Part shown: piece by piece, positions 14,266 through 27,510 of the stretch
How the letters are laid out: each line of letters begins with the position of its first letter
Position numbering within the stretch: position 1 is the first letter of the stretch
Assembly: GCA_976551045.1 (NCBI GenBank)
Contig: CDPCPM010000014.1
Span: forward strand, 38,502,001-38,566,000
DNA: 64,000 nucleotides
Direction: 5' to 3'
Source of the DNA: Glaucostegus cemiculus
Taxonomy: Eukaryota
Notes under the pieces: model-generated
Told to the model about the DNA's origin: nothing
Seen by the model: only the letters and a program-made list of their open reading frames with translations
Databases searched by the model: none
Position numbers and translations under genes: made by a program

Positions 14266-14429
14266 AATCCTGAACCCAACCTTCCATACATTATCAGGCA
14301 CTAACAATACCAGAAAAAGTCATATTCAAATAATCTAATAACGATGTCTGGAACTGTTTTGATGAGGCAGTGGTATGAGAGCCTTTTTATTCCCTTGTTA
14401 TTGTCAGTTTTTCCTAATATGGTGTTGAC

Positions 14430-16460
14430 AAGATTTGGCCAAGTAAACTGGAGTGAAAAATGGACAGTGGGAAATGTGCAATAGTTCAGGAGAATTGGAT
14501 TGGCTGCAGTCTAGGCAGATTCCCATAAGTGGAAAAGGGAAGGAGCCAAAATCAGAGGCATCTGATGATGGTTTGGGGAGCACTGTGAAACATTAAAAAA
14601 TTGGGTATCATCTTGACAAGGGAAAAATAGGCTGAATATAAAATGCACATAGATTCCAAGAAGTATGACAAAGGATATAAGAAGGGCAAAGAGGACTGTA
14701 AGGATAGACTAGACGCTAACATAAAAGGGTATGCCAAGAATCTCTATTGGCATATTAATAAAAGTGTTGTCATGGTAACAGTGGGGCAGATTAGGGAAAA
14801 GCTGTTGATAACAAGTTAAAGGTAGTATCAGTTCAAAGAAAATGGCTTGACAATATTGGCAAAGACTGCAGCAAGTACGAGAACTGAGAAGTTTTTTGGA
14901 ATTCAACAAAAGAGCAAGACATTGACGAGGGAAGAGAAAGTTGAATATAAGCATAATCTACAAGAAACCTGAAAGTAGGCTGTAAAAGCTTCTATAGATA
15001 TGTAAAAAGGAAAATATTAGAACAAGTTAATATGAGTCCTTTGTAGACTGAGATTGGGCAAATTCAACAAGGATTTATGAACTGAAAGAAATAAGCCAAC
15101 TAAAAAAAAAGATTGGAGAAATTAGAGGACTAAAAGATGATAAATCCCCAGGTTCTGATGACTTGTATGACTTGTATTCTAAGTCCACTTTGGAGACAGT
15201 GGATGCAGTGATCGTTATCTTCCAAAATTCCATTGATTCCAGCATTTCCCACAGAGTGGAAGGTAACACGTGTAACCTCAGTATTTTAGAAAAAAAAGGA
15301 AAGAGAGGGAGAGTAAGAGAGCCGGGGGTGTGGGGTTGGTGTGGGGTGGGGGACTACAGCCCAATCAGCCTGAATATAATTCTAGAGAAATGTTGAATAT
15401 ATTATTAAAAATATGGTAACAGAGCACTTAGAAAATAGTGGGATCAGACAGTGCAGCGTAGATTTATGTTTGGCAAATCTGCTGAAGTTTTTTTTGAGTT
15501 TGTAGCTAGCAAAATAAGTTGGTGGTTTTGGTGTATTTGGACTTTCAGAAAGCATTTGATCAGATGCCACTCAAGAAATTATTAAATACATTTTGAACAC
15601 ACTGTACTGAATGTAATATATTGGTATGCTGGAAGATGTTAATGGATAGAAATCAGAGAAGAGGCCTAAATGGTTAAGTTTTGGGTTGGGAGCCTGTGAT
15701 TAGTGCGATTCTTCAGGAATTGGTGTGGCACCCTATTTCTTCACAATCAATGTCTGTTGTTTGCATGAAGGGACCAAGTGTAATCTATTCAAGTTTGCTG
15801 ATGATACAAAGATGGGTGGTGGCCTGGGCTGTGCAAATAGGCTTTGGGGGAGAGAGACTAAGTGAATCAGTGAAGGCTTGTAGGTAGATATAATATGGAA
15901 AAATGTGAGGTCATCTTAGGGAAATAGAAACTCAAAGTATATTTTTAATTGTTGAGATGTTCAAAGGACTCTGAGTGTCCTTGTACACAAATCAATAAAA
16001 ATTAGCATTCAGGTACAGAAAGCAATTAGGAAGACAAGTGGGACATTGGTATTTATTACAAAAGAACTTGAGTGCAAAAGTAAAGACATATTGCTGCAAT
16101 TATAAAGGGCTCTGGCAAGTCTGCATCTGGAATATTGTGTACGGGTCTGGACTCCGTATCAAAGGAAAGATCAAGGCAATACAACAGAGGTTCACTAGAT
16201 TGATTCCTTGGATGGGGCTTGACCTGTGGGGAGAAATAAAGCAGATTGGGTTTTTACTCACTGGAGTTTAAGAGAATGAAAAGTGATGTCATTGAAGCAT
16301 ACATTTTTGTTTTATGGGGTTTGACGGTTTAGCTGCAGGAATAATGTTTCCCATGGTTGGGGTGTTTAGAAGTGGGGTGGAGGGGCCTTACAATTTCAAC
16401 TTAGGGTTGGCTTTTCAGTACTGAGATAAGAAGAAATTTCCTTACCCAAAGGATAATGAT
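14430..16460 (+). mobile_element. Degenerate CR1 LINE ORF2 (reverse transcriptase) remnant, probably two adjacent fragments
   Basis: KSPGSD (15142), DYSPISL (15352), VYLDFQKAFD (15531-15560), catalytic KFADDTK (15791-15811) and QRFTRLIP (~16185), separated by many stops and frameshifts. Confidence 0.88.
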
Positions 16461-16499
16461 TCAAGTCGATTGTGGACGTTTAATCACAATAAATGATAA

Positions 16500-16775
16500 C
16501 ATTCTTTCAGCATTCCTAATTACTTACTATACCTGTGTATTAGTCACTTGTGAAACATGCACAAGGGCACCCAAATATCTCTACATCTCAGAGTTCTGCA
16601 ATGTCTCACTATTTACAGAATATGCTTTATTATTTTTTTCCTTTTAAAATGGACATGATACAATTTTCCACATTATACTCCATTTGCCAGATCTTTGCCC
16701 TTTCACCTAAGCTATCTATATCCCTTAGCCTCCTTTTGTCCTCTTCACAACTTGCTTTCCCACCTGTCTTGATTG
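16500..16775 (-). mobile_element. CR1 RT fragment in opposite orientation
   Basis: The reverse complement reads ggtgggaaagcaagttgtgaagagg...gatatagatagcttaggtgaaagggcaaagatctggcaaatggagtataatgtggaaaattgt, the segment that follows FADDTK in CR1. Confidence 0.75.
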
Positions 16776-18109
16776 GATGAATCTCCACTCTCTATGCTTT
16801 ATTATTCATTGATTCAGTAATTGGGTCATAGTAAGGTAGTACAGCAAAGCTTTTGTGTGTCCATATGGAGATAGAGAACAGAATTAAAATGCTGTTAATT
16901 GCTGTGTATGAACAATATAATTATTAATTCCATCCTTGCCATAATTTTTCTTCATACAATTAATTGAAAAAAAAAATTCTATTGCGAATAAATGCAGTGC
17001 GCTCATAGTTAAACTTCAGTGGAGTAGAGCTGAAGTGTCTGTTCAAAATCTTGAAGTAAAAATTTTAAAATATGTGAATTACTAATTTGATGCATTTTGC
17101 CTAAAGTCTGCTGATATCACATCAGAGTTGACCAATTAATTTGTTTTAGAAGAGTCTTATAATGAGCAAGTGCATAATGGTCATTGAAAGTTGAGTTACA
17201 AACCTATGTGTTATAAATACTGGCCTCCAGAAGATAAAAATGAGTAGTACAGGTAGAAAGAGTATCAGGCTACTAGACTGCGTGCTCATTTCCTTTCCTC
17301 ACAGGCAAGCACATTGTTCACTTGTCATAATAGTATTTGTTCATTGTGCTATGCAAGGAAGCTTTATACATTAGAACCAAGCTACTTAAGTGTTGTTAAC
17401 CAATTAATTTGCCGCATTATTTTCTTAGGAATCATGATACGTGAAACATCTGCATTTCTCTGTAAAATATACTGTGGCCAAGTGCTTTTATTTTATGTTT
17501 GTCATGAAAAGCAGCCAAAATATGGGCCTTGGTCCTGTCGATTGACTGAACCTGACATGTTGTCATCTCAAGGCTGATGTGGGGGGCCTTTGTAATATCC
17601 ATGTTAAATATCAGCTTCATTTTACACTATACAAGGTTACATTGCAAAAATGATGTCATGACAAGACTCGAGGGAATTCCTTTTTTTGTAGAAAGCTGCT
17701 TGGCATAGATGATGACTTTTCAGTGTTGGGGCTCAACTGCGCTGACAGAATGTTAATAAGGTTGCCCGATAGCAGTGGAAAAGGTGGGGCCAGATGTTTG
17801 GCGTGCCGTCATTTCACAATGTGTAGATATTTTGTGCCTTTCTCAGCTGAACAATTATAATTTGCCGATAAATATCTGACTGCCAGTTATGATGGAAACC
17901 CTGTATTTCAATAGAGCTGTGGAAATCCAGAAAGAAAATTGACTTCTGGCAGATCGACTGTCATTTATAATTAGCCTCACCTGATTTCAATACAAGTACT
18001 ACCTATTGCAGTGTTCATGGCCAATGATCAAGGCATGTCCATATGCTGTTAGAAGTTAAGATTTCTTCACAAAGTTATATTGGTCACTAAATAAAGTTAA
18101 TATATGTCC

Positions 18110-18114
<5 letters not shown>

Positions 18115-18184
<70 letters not shown>
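18115..18184. repeat. (AC)35 microsatellite
   Basis: Uninterrupted AC run. Confidence 0.99.
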
Positions 18185-18188
<4 letters not shown>

Positions 18189-18484
18189 TCACTAATCTCC
18201 ACACAAATGTGCTAGAACTGTTTCCTCATGAACTCAGTCAACACTATGTCCAACCAGAGTCCCTGAGAAATGATAAAGTCTTTACTTTTCCTCCGGGACA
18301 TTTCAAAGTTCCCATTCCTTATGCATCAATATCAGCTGCAGTCTCTATTTTTAAAGTAAAATTCACAATATGGCACAGTTACTCATCAAAAAGCTCTGTC
18401 CCATTCTTCCTTGTATCCATATATTTACCAGGAAGGGCCAATAGATAATATTCAGGAGTGGTACTTGACTACATGGACCAATTT

Positions 18485-18775
18485 TTAAGATCTTTTATTA
18501 GTCACATGTACATCGAAAAACACAGTGAAATACATCTTTTGTGCAGTGATTTCTGGGGGGCAGCCCGCAAGTGTCGCCACACTTCCGGTGCCAACATAGC
18601 ATGCCCATAACTTCCTAACCTGTACGTCTTTGGAATGTGGGAGGAAACTGGAACACCTGGAGGAAACCCACACAGACACGGGGAGAACGTACAAACTCCT
18701 TACAGGCAGTGGCCGCATTTGAACCCGTGTCTCTTGCACTGTAAAGCATTGTGCTAACCACTATGCTACCGTGGT
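18485..18775 (-). mobile_element. Near full-length tRNA-derived V-SINE
   Basis: On the minus strand: A-box tagcatagtgg, B-box gggttcaaatgc, V-domain ggagtttgtacgttctcccggtgtctgtgtgggtttcctccaggtgttccagtttcctcccacattccaaagac-like core, and tail ...gtgactaataaaag. Confidence 0.88.
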
Positions 18776-19599
18776 ATCATTATCTTTACCCCATCAATTC
18801 ATCACTGGTTCAGGATCAGAACTTTAACCTTCAGTTTGTGTGGTTCAGTTTTATACCAGGCAGTGAATTTGTTACATGAATTGTCAGGGCTCTGGTGGAC
18901 ATGGATGTCTACTAAGTTCATGAAGAAATAACACTAGCGCATCTGTATGGAGATGATTATATCTACTTTCTCTAAACTGGCCATTCCTCAGACATTGTGG
19001 GTCATCATCAGCGACAGAATTAGACTCCATCAGTGTAAGTTAAAGACTCAACATAATTCTTTGTTCTCCAATTCCCGTCCACACTGTTTTGTTATGAGGG
19101 AAGCGGAGAACATCAGGAGCAGCTAACTAAAAATGAGATACCAAGCTAGTGAAGCTACTACACAAGACTGCATGAGTTCTAAGCGACAACATCAAACAGT
19201 AAGTACCAAGTGATCTTACAAATGACAGGTCAAACCAAAGCTAAACATTCCTGCCACATCCATTTGTGAAGGATGGTGGATACTAAAACAGCTAGCTGGA
19301 GAAGGAAAAACCATGGAGATCACCATCCTCAGTGAGGGCAGAAATTAGCATGCATGTACATAAAGTAAAACATTTGTAACCAATTATAGCCAGAAGTGCT
19401 CAGTAGATGAGCCAAGTCTCCTATTGTCATGTCTGTCATCACTGACGCCAGTCTTCAGTGAATTTGTTGCACTCCATGTGATAAGGCAATAACTATGGGT
19501 CCTAAGAATACCTTAGTGTATTGCTGAAGACAAGTACCTCTGGTCAAACTATTCCTGAGAAGTTCCTATACTTGGTATCCAGCTGAAATGTTTTTTTAC

Positions 19600-19715
19600 A
19601 TTCTCCTGCAGTATGTTGATGTCATTGATAAGACCAGCACTTATTCCCTGATCTCTAATGCCCTTGAGTAAGTGGTGGTGACCAATCTCCTGAATGATAG
19701 CAAACCTTCTAATGA
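19600..19715 (-). mobile_element. 3' tail of the 13680-family LINE, reverse
   Basis: ccagcacttattccctgatctctaatgcccttgagtaagtggtggtga is the reverse complement of the tail at 22600-22660. Confidence 0.55.
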
Positions 19716-20239
19716 GGGTGTAATAGCCAAGTATGTGCTATCAGGAAATGCAGAGCAAACCTATTCCAGCCATTTACCTTGAGTCAACCCTGGATCATCT
19801 ACAAAAAGGCGGAAGGTGCCAATGAATCTGTTACCAAATGATAGTTAATAATATGGTGCTCAGCACTGTTTAATTTTGGTTTCATGATAACCTTTTGGCT
19901 CCTCACTGCATTACAGCCTTGATGTAAATGTGGGCAAAGTGTTAGATTTCAAAGAACACCTGGGAGACACTTACTGTTGACATCTGGGTTGGCATGGAGG
20001 AACTGTAGAAAAGTAGAAATCAATGAGAATTGAGGGCGCAATTTCCCCCCTTTTCTGCAGGAGTCATAGCAAAATTAAGATTGTTCTGATTGTTGGAGAC
20101 TAATCACCTCAGCCCAGGAGCTCTTCTAACCAGTGTCCAATGCCCAACCAGCTTCATCTGCTTCATCTGTGACCTTCCCTCTACTAAAAGTCAGGCATCA
20201 AGATACTTGCTGATGATTACAGTGTTCAACTCTATTTAC

Positions 20240-20810
20240 AACTCCACAAAAATTGAAGCAGTCTGCGCCCCATGCTACAAGATCTCAACAGCATGAGTGG
20301 CAAGTAACATTCACACCACACAAGTGCCAGGCATTCTTCTGTCTTCTGACTCCCCAAAGTCTTTCACCACCTCCATGATACAAGTTAGAAGTGTGACAGA
20401 ATACTCTCCACTTGCTTGAATGATTGCAGCCTCAACGATACTCAAGGAGCTGGACACCATCCAGGGCAAAACAACCTGCTTCATTGGTATCTAATCTACC
20501 ACCCTGAAAATTCACTTGCTTCTATGGCTGTGGTATGTGCCATCTGCAAAGTGCACTGCTACAACTCACTGAGGCTTTTTGACAAAACCTCCTAAACCTC
20601 TGAAAGACAAGCAAACAGGCACATGGGGACATCACCATCCACATACACACTCTGACTTGGAAATATACACATTGTCACTGGGTCAAAATCCTAGAACTTT
20701 TTAGTACACAGCTCTATGAGGTTCTCTGTGAGCACATGGCTTAAGAGCTACCACCTTCTCAAGTGCTGGCATTGCCAACAATAACCATGTCCAATAGATG
20801 AATAAAAAAG
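20240..20810 (+). mobile_element. CR1/L2-superclade LINE 3' fragment (second copy)
   Basis: 20381-20488 translates QVRSVTEYSPLA*MIAASTILKELDTIQGKTTCFIG; tail ccaccttctcaag...gaataaaaaa. Confidence 0.7.
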
Positions 20811-22044
20811 CTTTAATCACATTCTATACCAAATAATAATGCTTACAATGAATGAAAGAATCAGTATATATCAATGCTGCACTATATTTTCTGAGCTTGG
20901 ATGACTCATTCCTAAACAAGAAAGGCAGCCAAAGCAACAAATTATTATGATCTAGACGCTGTTTAATCATTGTTTTTCAAGTAGGGAAATCAAGCTCTAA
21001 TTAGTAATAAATGCTGCAGGATTTACTGCTATTTAGTTTGAGAGTCATGGCTTCTCACCCGAGTTACTGTGAGAGCTACTTCCTAACACTTGCTGTTGAC
21101 TAATAGTTTTATTAACTTTCATTAGATTTTAATATGGATGCTTTTCATAATGAACGGGCTTACTCATATCCTCATGATTGTCCTCGTAACATTCAGCTCA
21201 GAATGTGCCATTTTAGGACTCACCATAAATTCATTTCTAGCAATTGAAACAAATATATTAATGTTAAGGAAAGAATTGTCATCCACAATTTAAAATAAGT
21301 TTTAAGGAAATAATTTTCTGACCAGATTTATAAAATTATGCAAACTTTTATTGAACAAAATAAAAGCAGCATTTAAAAACACCCACAGTTGAGGATAAAA
21401 GGAGAGGTTGAAGTATGTGTGGGAATAACCAGTAAACAACAATTTATGCTGATAAAATGGTAATGAGATTAGCTCAGTGAAATCAAAAATGGGAATAGTG
21501 GTGAAAACCTGGGAATTTTTTTTACAATAAAAAACATCTTTAGGGAATTTCAAATTAATACGTTCATTTGAGAATTGCACATTTGAACCTCCTCAGCCCA
21601 CCTTATCATAAAAAGTTGAGTTTGTTTTCTTTGGTAACGGAAAGCAGCCACTTTGCTTGTAAGCATGAATTTCTGGCTTGCATGGTTGTTATTGTTGAGA
21701 CCTTTATGGAGTGTTAGTCACAGCATTTTTCTGCTAAACAGATGGCAGTTATGTTTATTCAGCAGGGCAAAGGCTGAAATAAAATGATTCACAGGCAGAT
21801 TGATTGTGCACTTTATACTGCATTTTTGTAGGAATTAAACAAAAAATTATGGCTCAATTTTTTTTTTATTCCAATGTAACAGGAATCCAATCTAAACATA
21901 TCTGCTGAGAAACAAACGTAACCTGATTAGCTTCACTGAAGGGAAGTATCGCATTCTGAAGGGATTGCATTTAGTCTCCTTGTCCTGAGGAACCCCAACA
22001 CACTCATTATTCCAGGGAGAAAGCAGGTTGTATCTGATCCATTT

Positions 22045-22480
22045 ATGGTGTTAGTCATGGTATAGTGGCATAATGCATCTGAGAGAGAAGGTTGTGGGTT
22101 CAAGCTGCCTTCCAGAGAGTTGAGCACCAGAGAATAAATTGACACTCAATTGTCAGACAAGAATATTCAGATGGTATGTTAAAATGAGACCTGGTTGTTC
22201 TCTCAGTTCATGTAAATATTACCCTCTCACTACTTCAAAGAAGAGCAGGGAGTTAACTTCAGTGGCCTGGCCAACCAATTTTTATCTCAACCAATGACTG
22301 TCATCAATCCTTCTGCTCATTATAAGTGCTATCTGTGGGAGCTTGCTGTGATCAAATTGTCTACAATGTTTTCTATGTTAAAACTGTGATGAAACTTAAA
22401 AAAGTATTTCATTGGGCATAACGTGCTGTAGAGTGATCTGAGGTTGTGAGAAGTTCTGTAAAAATGCAAGTCTTTCTTTA
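22045..22480 (+). mobile_element. Deu-domain SINE (SacSINE1/AmnSINE1-like), degenerate but apparently full length
   Basis: tRNA-like head gaaggttgtgggttcaag, Deu-like core cactacttcaaagaagagcagggagtt...cctggccaa...tatctcaacc...tgtgggagcttgctgtg, and tail aaatgcaagtctttcttt. Confidence 0.65.
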
Positions 22481-22509
22481 AGCGAATTAAAATACATCAC
22501 TTCCTTCAT

Positions 22510-22690
22510 CAGTGCTGGCTCAGGATCCTGAAACTCCTTCCCAACAACATTGTGAATCTAGCTTCATCTGAAGAACTGCAACGTTTCAGGAAGGTGACTC
22601 ACCATCACCTTCCAAAGACTACTTGGGGATGGACAATAAATGCTGCCCTTGCCATTGATGTCCACTTCCTGTAAAATAAATAAATAAACA
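22510..22690 (+). mobile_element. 3' tail of the 13680-family LINE
   Basis: ctgaaactccttcccaacaacattgtg...caccatcaccttc...ggatggacaataaatgctgcccttgcc, ending in (TAAA)n. Confidence 0.7.
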
Positions 22691-25600
22691 TGTATGTTTT
22701 AATTTTTAAAAGCTAGACATGTTTGAGAAAATGCCAGTCATGCACAACTCAAGAGAAAAGCTGATTAACAAAAATGAAAGAGGAGATAATAATACAGTTT
22801 TTTACAAGGATTAGTACTGATCATTTGTGACTACAAAACAACTGTGGTTTTGGTCCACTGTGTATTTCCCCACCTGAGCAATGTTTCAAGTTGAATAACA
22901 AGGAATACAAGCTTCATGTTACTTGGTTGAGCTTTCATCTGAAGGGTGTTCATTCCTAAGTCATAACACCATCTGTATCAAGTCTTGTCCAGTCTTTTGT
23001 CAGATTGATGCTCTGTTGGTTGGCCCCCATCTGCTCAGCCCTCTCCTCACCTCCTAGAATAGTGTGGTGGTTAATTTACCGTGCCCAAACAAGAACCCCT
23101 ATGATAGTGTAATGACTATTCACTGGGCTCATGACTGAGGGAACTAAATTTGAAATCTCACAATCATAATTTGAGTATTTGAATCAAGTTGTAACATTTG
23201 GGGAAAAAAATGGAACAGTAAAAGTGATCATGCAGTAATCATGATCGTTGTAAAAATCCAACTGGTTTACTGATGTCCTGAGGTAGGAAGTCTGGAGTCC
23301 TTGAGCAGTCTGACCGAAATGTCACTCCAATCCCACATCAATGTTCTCAAGAATGCAGCTGTTTCTTGAACAGAGTCACTTCCAATCTTGTCTCTCCAGC
23401 CATTTCTAAAACTAGTAATTTACCAGGTCATTCCAGACTAATCATGCAGGAGGTATATCTTAACTCAATTCATGTTTCTAAGATGTGCATACCCTCAGCC
23501 TCATTTAATACTGGCAAGCTCTGTCATGCAGTAACAAGAGCTGAGGCATTGTGCCCTGAAGTTACCGTTTTGTGCCAAAATGTTTCTTGTGCTAATAAAC
23601 TCCCAGGTATTTGAGTTGTCGACTATCAAGTCTAGTTGTACTGGATGCTTTGAAAGCTCTTAGTACCCGTGCCTGGTAGAGACTAATTTGTTTCAGTGAG
23701 AGAAGATGAATTTGAGAATTAGCTTTTGGGTAACAAATATACTTCACACTGTTTCAACCCATCTGCTTCTTTTAGAGTTTAATCACTTTGCATTATAATT
23801 CATGTCACAGACCAAAATGCATGTAGGAAAAGGGCAGCAACTCTCCTTAAGCATCCTGACTATGCTGTTGAAAGACATGTTAACAAAGAAGGGGTAAATA
23901 CGTCACTTCAAACATGCTCTTTAGTACTGTAATGCCTGAATGTGATATAACTTCAACCCTGCAGTTATTGTTTTACTACTGGCACAAAACTCTCAGTTGT
24001 CCTGCAAGCCGCCACCCTTGGGTTACATTTCCGAAGAATTAATGTTGAATGGCTTTAACCATGTCTCACCAGGCTACGTGGATGGTTATTGCAAAGGAAC
24101 CAGACATTGCGTCTCCACGGGTTACCGACATGAACAAATATTTGAATGTTGTGTGGGCAGTTAACAGCTACATCCTCATTCAAAGAAAAATGGGGAAAGG
24201 ATAGCTGAAATGATGTGACTTCCACTTCATTAAATGTCTTGTCCATCAGGCAGAACAAAAGCTTTGATCAAAATTAAATCCAAGTTGAAATGTCCATCCT
24301 TAGCCAGGTATTACAATGAAGAAAGCTGAGCCTCTTAGTCCTAAGATCCCTGCTGTTGACAAGGGAACTCAGCACAGAGTCCAACTTTGCAAAGTAATAC
24401 ATTTAAAATATTGTGAACAATTTGTTGAGAGCAGTTTGGATTTCTATTTGCATGCATTTCTATGCAACGACTGGTTAAGTGGTAAAATTGAAAGGACCGT
24501 TCACCAGTACAGTACTTGCTTTAAACTGTCGGTGTAGTAAACCTCAACGGATCATATTATTGCTGGAGATTTGGACTCGTTTTCATGATTTTCCTCTTTT
24601 TCTTTTACCCCAGCAAATTGTCCTCCTGCAAGATTTGCTCTTTCAGTTTACTGTCAAGTAATTCTGTTTTATTTTGTAGGTTTACTTTGAAAGCTCTAAT
24701 ACATCTTGATGTCTTGTACAATTATTTGCGAAAAATCCTATTTCAAGAACATTGTAATTTTCACAGTAGAAATATTTATAAACTGTAAGAGCCTACCAGG
24801 AATAGTGACTGCTAAACAGTTCTATGTGTGTATACAGCTTTACTTTTATAGCAAAACATAGCCATTAAACCAGGATTCCTCAATTTCTGAGTTGTCTTCT
24901 GAGCTTTTTCAGTGTTCTTTGTTAGTAGAGTTAGTATCATGTTAGTTGCCTGCTTTTAATAAACATGCTATATTTCCTCAAAATCTTACTAGATAATTTA
25001 ATGGATTAACTGACTATTCATCATACAGAAATATAAAAGCACAGGCCCAGTCCCTAGCCTGTGCTGGGTTAACCTGATCTTGCTTGGAGTGTCTGCAGGG
25101 AGTTTACATTTGATCACATTTTCTCTGGGGATAACATCATGTAACTGCTACATTGGTAGTAGATTTCTTTTAAGCAGAATCGAGGAGAGTAAATTATTAT
25201 AAGCCTGCCTGTTCAGCAGAAACTTCTTTATCATTGCATCATTTTTGAAAAGGCAGGCAATGAATAATACTAGTCTGATATCAACTTGTCAATCAGTCAA
25301 TTCAGCAAGATCTGTATGGTTTACAAACTGCAAATAAATTAGCCAAGGCTTGCTGTTATTGTGGAGTCCAGATGCCTTTGGGCAGGACAGGAGTTCTGCC
25401 TTTCAAAAGGATGCACCTCTGACCTCATTGATTTTTTTTGTGCGTGTGGTCAGGAGAATTTGCATTTTTTGAGATGGTCTCCTTGGCTTACACCAAATCC
25501 TTCTGAAAGGGGAGGGGCAGGAGAACAGTTGTGAAAGGCTTTGGAGGCCTGCTGTGCCATTGTGGCTGGCAGCTTCTGTAATGCTATTCAGTGCCTTTAA

Positions 25601-27369
25601 AATTGAATTTTTTTAAAAGAAAGGTGCCTATGTGTTCAATTGACTGCCTGTGAATGATTTCATAGGTTTTTTTGGCCTATTCAAATTTGAATGGTCCTTT
25701 TGCCACATGTATCATAGGGATTCCGGGACAAACAGTTGACCCAACTCCTGTCATGTGTGCTGTTGTTATTGATGGGCATATTTTAATAATTTCCAAATGC
25801 TGGCAGTGCACCATGAACTGTTTCAGCCATTATTTGCAACACAACAAATGTAAAATCCTGTTGTTTGTTTTTCTCTATACAAATCAAATGTTTGATCCAA
25901 AGGAGTTTACCATTTTCAGGCGCTATGTTTTAATGAAAATCAAACTAGATGTGCTTGATACAAGCAAGATTGAAAAGAAAGAATAGTTTTTCTGCTTCTG
26001 TTGGGAGTAGTTCTTCCTCATTTTGTGCAAAGTCTGCCAGAATTACTACATGGTTTGTGCAGCTTCTGCAAGATGTTTGAAAGGCTGGGAATTGGGGAGT
26101 AGCAGTTTACACCAGCCTGTGAGGTGACTCGCTCTTGATGGGTCGTTGGGAGGAAGCCAATCCTTAGCAGAATCCTACTCTCTGGGTTTACAAGCTGTCA
26201 GTGCTATTGACTGTTGTGTCTTGTGACATTTTGCCAAAGCTCTGTCATAAAATCTCGCAATCTGTAAAGGAAAGTGTCAATGGGAAATGTCAATCCTCTA
26301 CCAAGGTTGCAGTCTGGCTCTGACATCAAAGTTGATGTGCACCGACCTTGCCAGTAACAATTCAAAAATACAGTGAATCCTTTTTGGAAAAATGTATTTG
26401 TTAATAAAAAAAAAGGTTTTTGGTAGAGATTTTTGATTAGAGGGAGCCAGAACAGCCAATGCATTTGCTGAAAATTGAGTGACATTGAAGAGCATTATCA
26501 GCCAGGTTGGTTTCAGCAACTTGCGGTGAGATTTTTTTTTAATTGAGCCCAATCTCGTCCGTGACCCAGTTGATGCTCAACCCTCCTTGTGTTTAGAACC
26601 TCAGGTGGTAACTGGGGTCACACCCACTTGAAGTTATAGTTTGTCAGTGATCACATTAAGGGACAATGCTGTCAGCTTCCCTGTTCCTAGCAATGGGTTT
26701 GTTTCAGCTTGATCATTGTTGCCAGTTATGATTCAGTGAAACTTGGCGTGTTGTAAATATCATCTGAGTTAGGGTCCACCCGGGTATAAAATTAAAGCTG
26801 GACCCAATCAAGGCTGCTCTAAATCCTCGCTGAACCCAAGGGCCTAATTTTTTTTTCCATACACAGGTGACAATAATGTGCTAATACAGAAATTATATCT
26901 TTTCAGTGCGTACCCTTTCTTAGGTAATCATGTTGGGATGTCTTGTGGGGATTAAGAATGACTTACGTCCATTTTGGTTTTGTGGTTCTGAAACAGCCAA
27001 TGAGAACAATATGGGGCCTGCAGACTGTTCCACAGATGGGGCAGGATATCCCTGATGAGGCGGGCAGGTAGTTGGTGAGTTGGTGCACCCCTGCCATTTA
27101 TTGCTGGGCTTCCTGAACCAAAGCCATTCCAAACTGACCATCTTTTGAACAATCATAGGTCAGGGATTCCTAAGAGCCAGTTGGGGATGTTGCATGTTTT
27201 TCAAGGAGGCTTTGGACACTTTAACTTTGTCGTTTGTGGTTGAAAGTATGTTTCAGTATCACACCAAAGAGGTCATATGTAATGTGCAATGTTAGTCATC
27301 GTCAGCCATGGGAGTCATCACAACTGAGATTGACTCAGTAAATACTTCTACTGCAAATCGCTGAATGAC

Positions 27370-27510
27370 CCAGTGACACCGAGGTCAACTGCAATGACCC
27401 ATCAGCAGCCTAACAACAATTGCAGGAGTGACCGAGAATTGAATCTATGAATTTCCTGGTCTTTACGGCTCAACACTGCAACACATTTATTCATTGAGTC
27501 ACTGTGGGAT
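27370..27510 (-). mobile_element. Degenerate ancient tRNA-derived SINE fragment
   Basis: The minus strand reads gactcaatgaataaatg...gagccgtaaagaccaggaaattcatagattcaattc...gttgacctcggtgtcactggg. Related-looking fragments at ~25040-25130 and ~740-810. Confidence 0.4.

Noticed and set aside
18104-18448. 114-aa ORF with an HT repeat
   Set aside because: It is the translation of the (AC)35 microsatellite.
18700-18775. tRNA-like A and B boxes as a tRNA gene
   Set aside because: They form the head of the V-SINE; the sequence continues into the V-domain with no proper acceptor stem.
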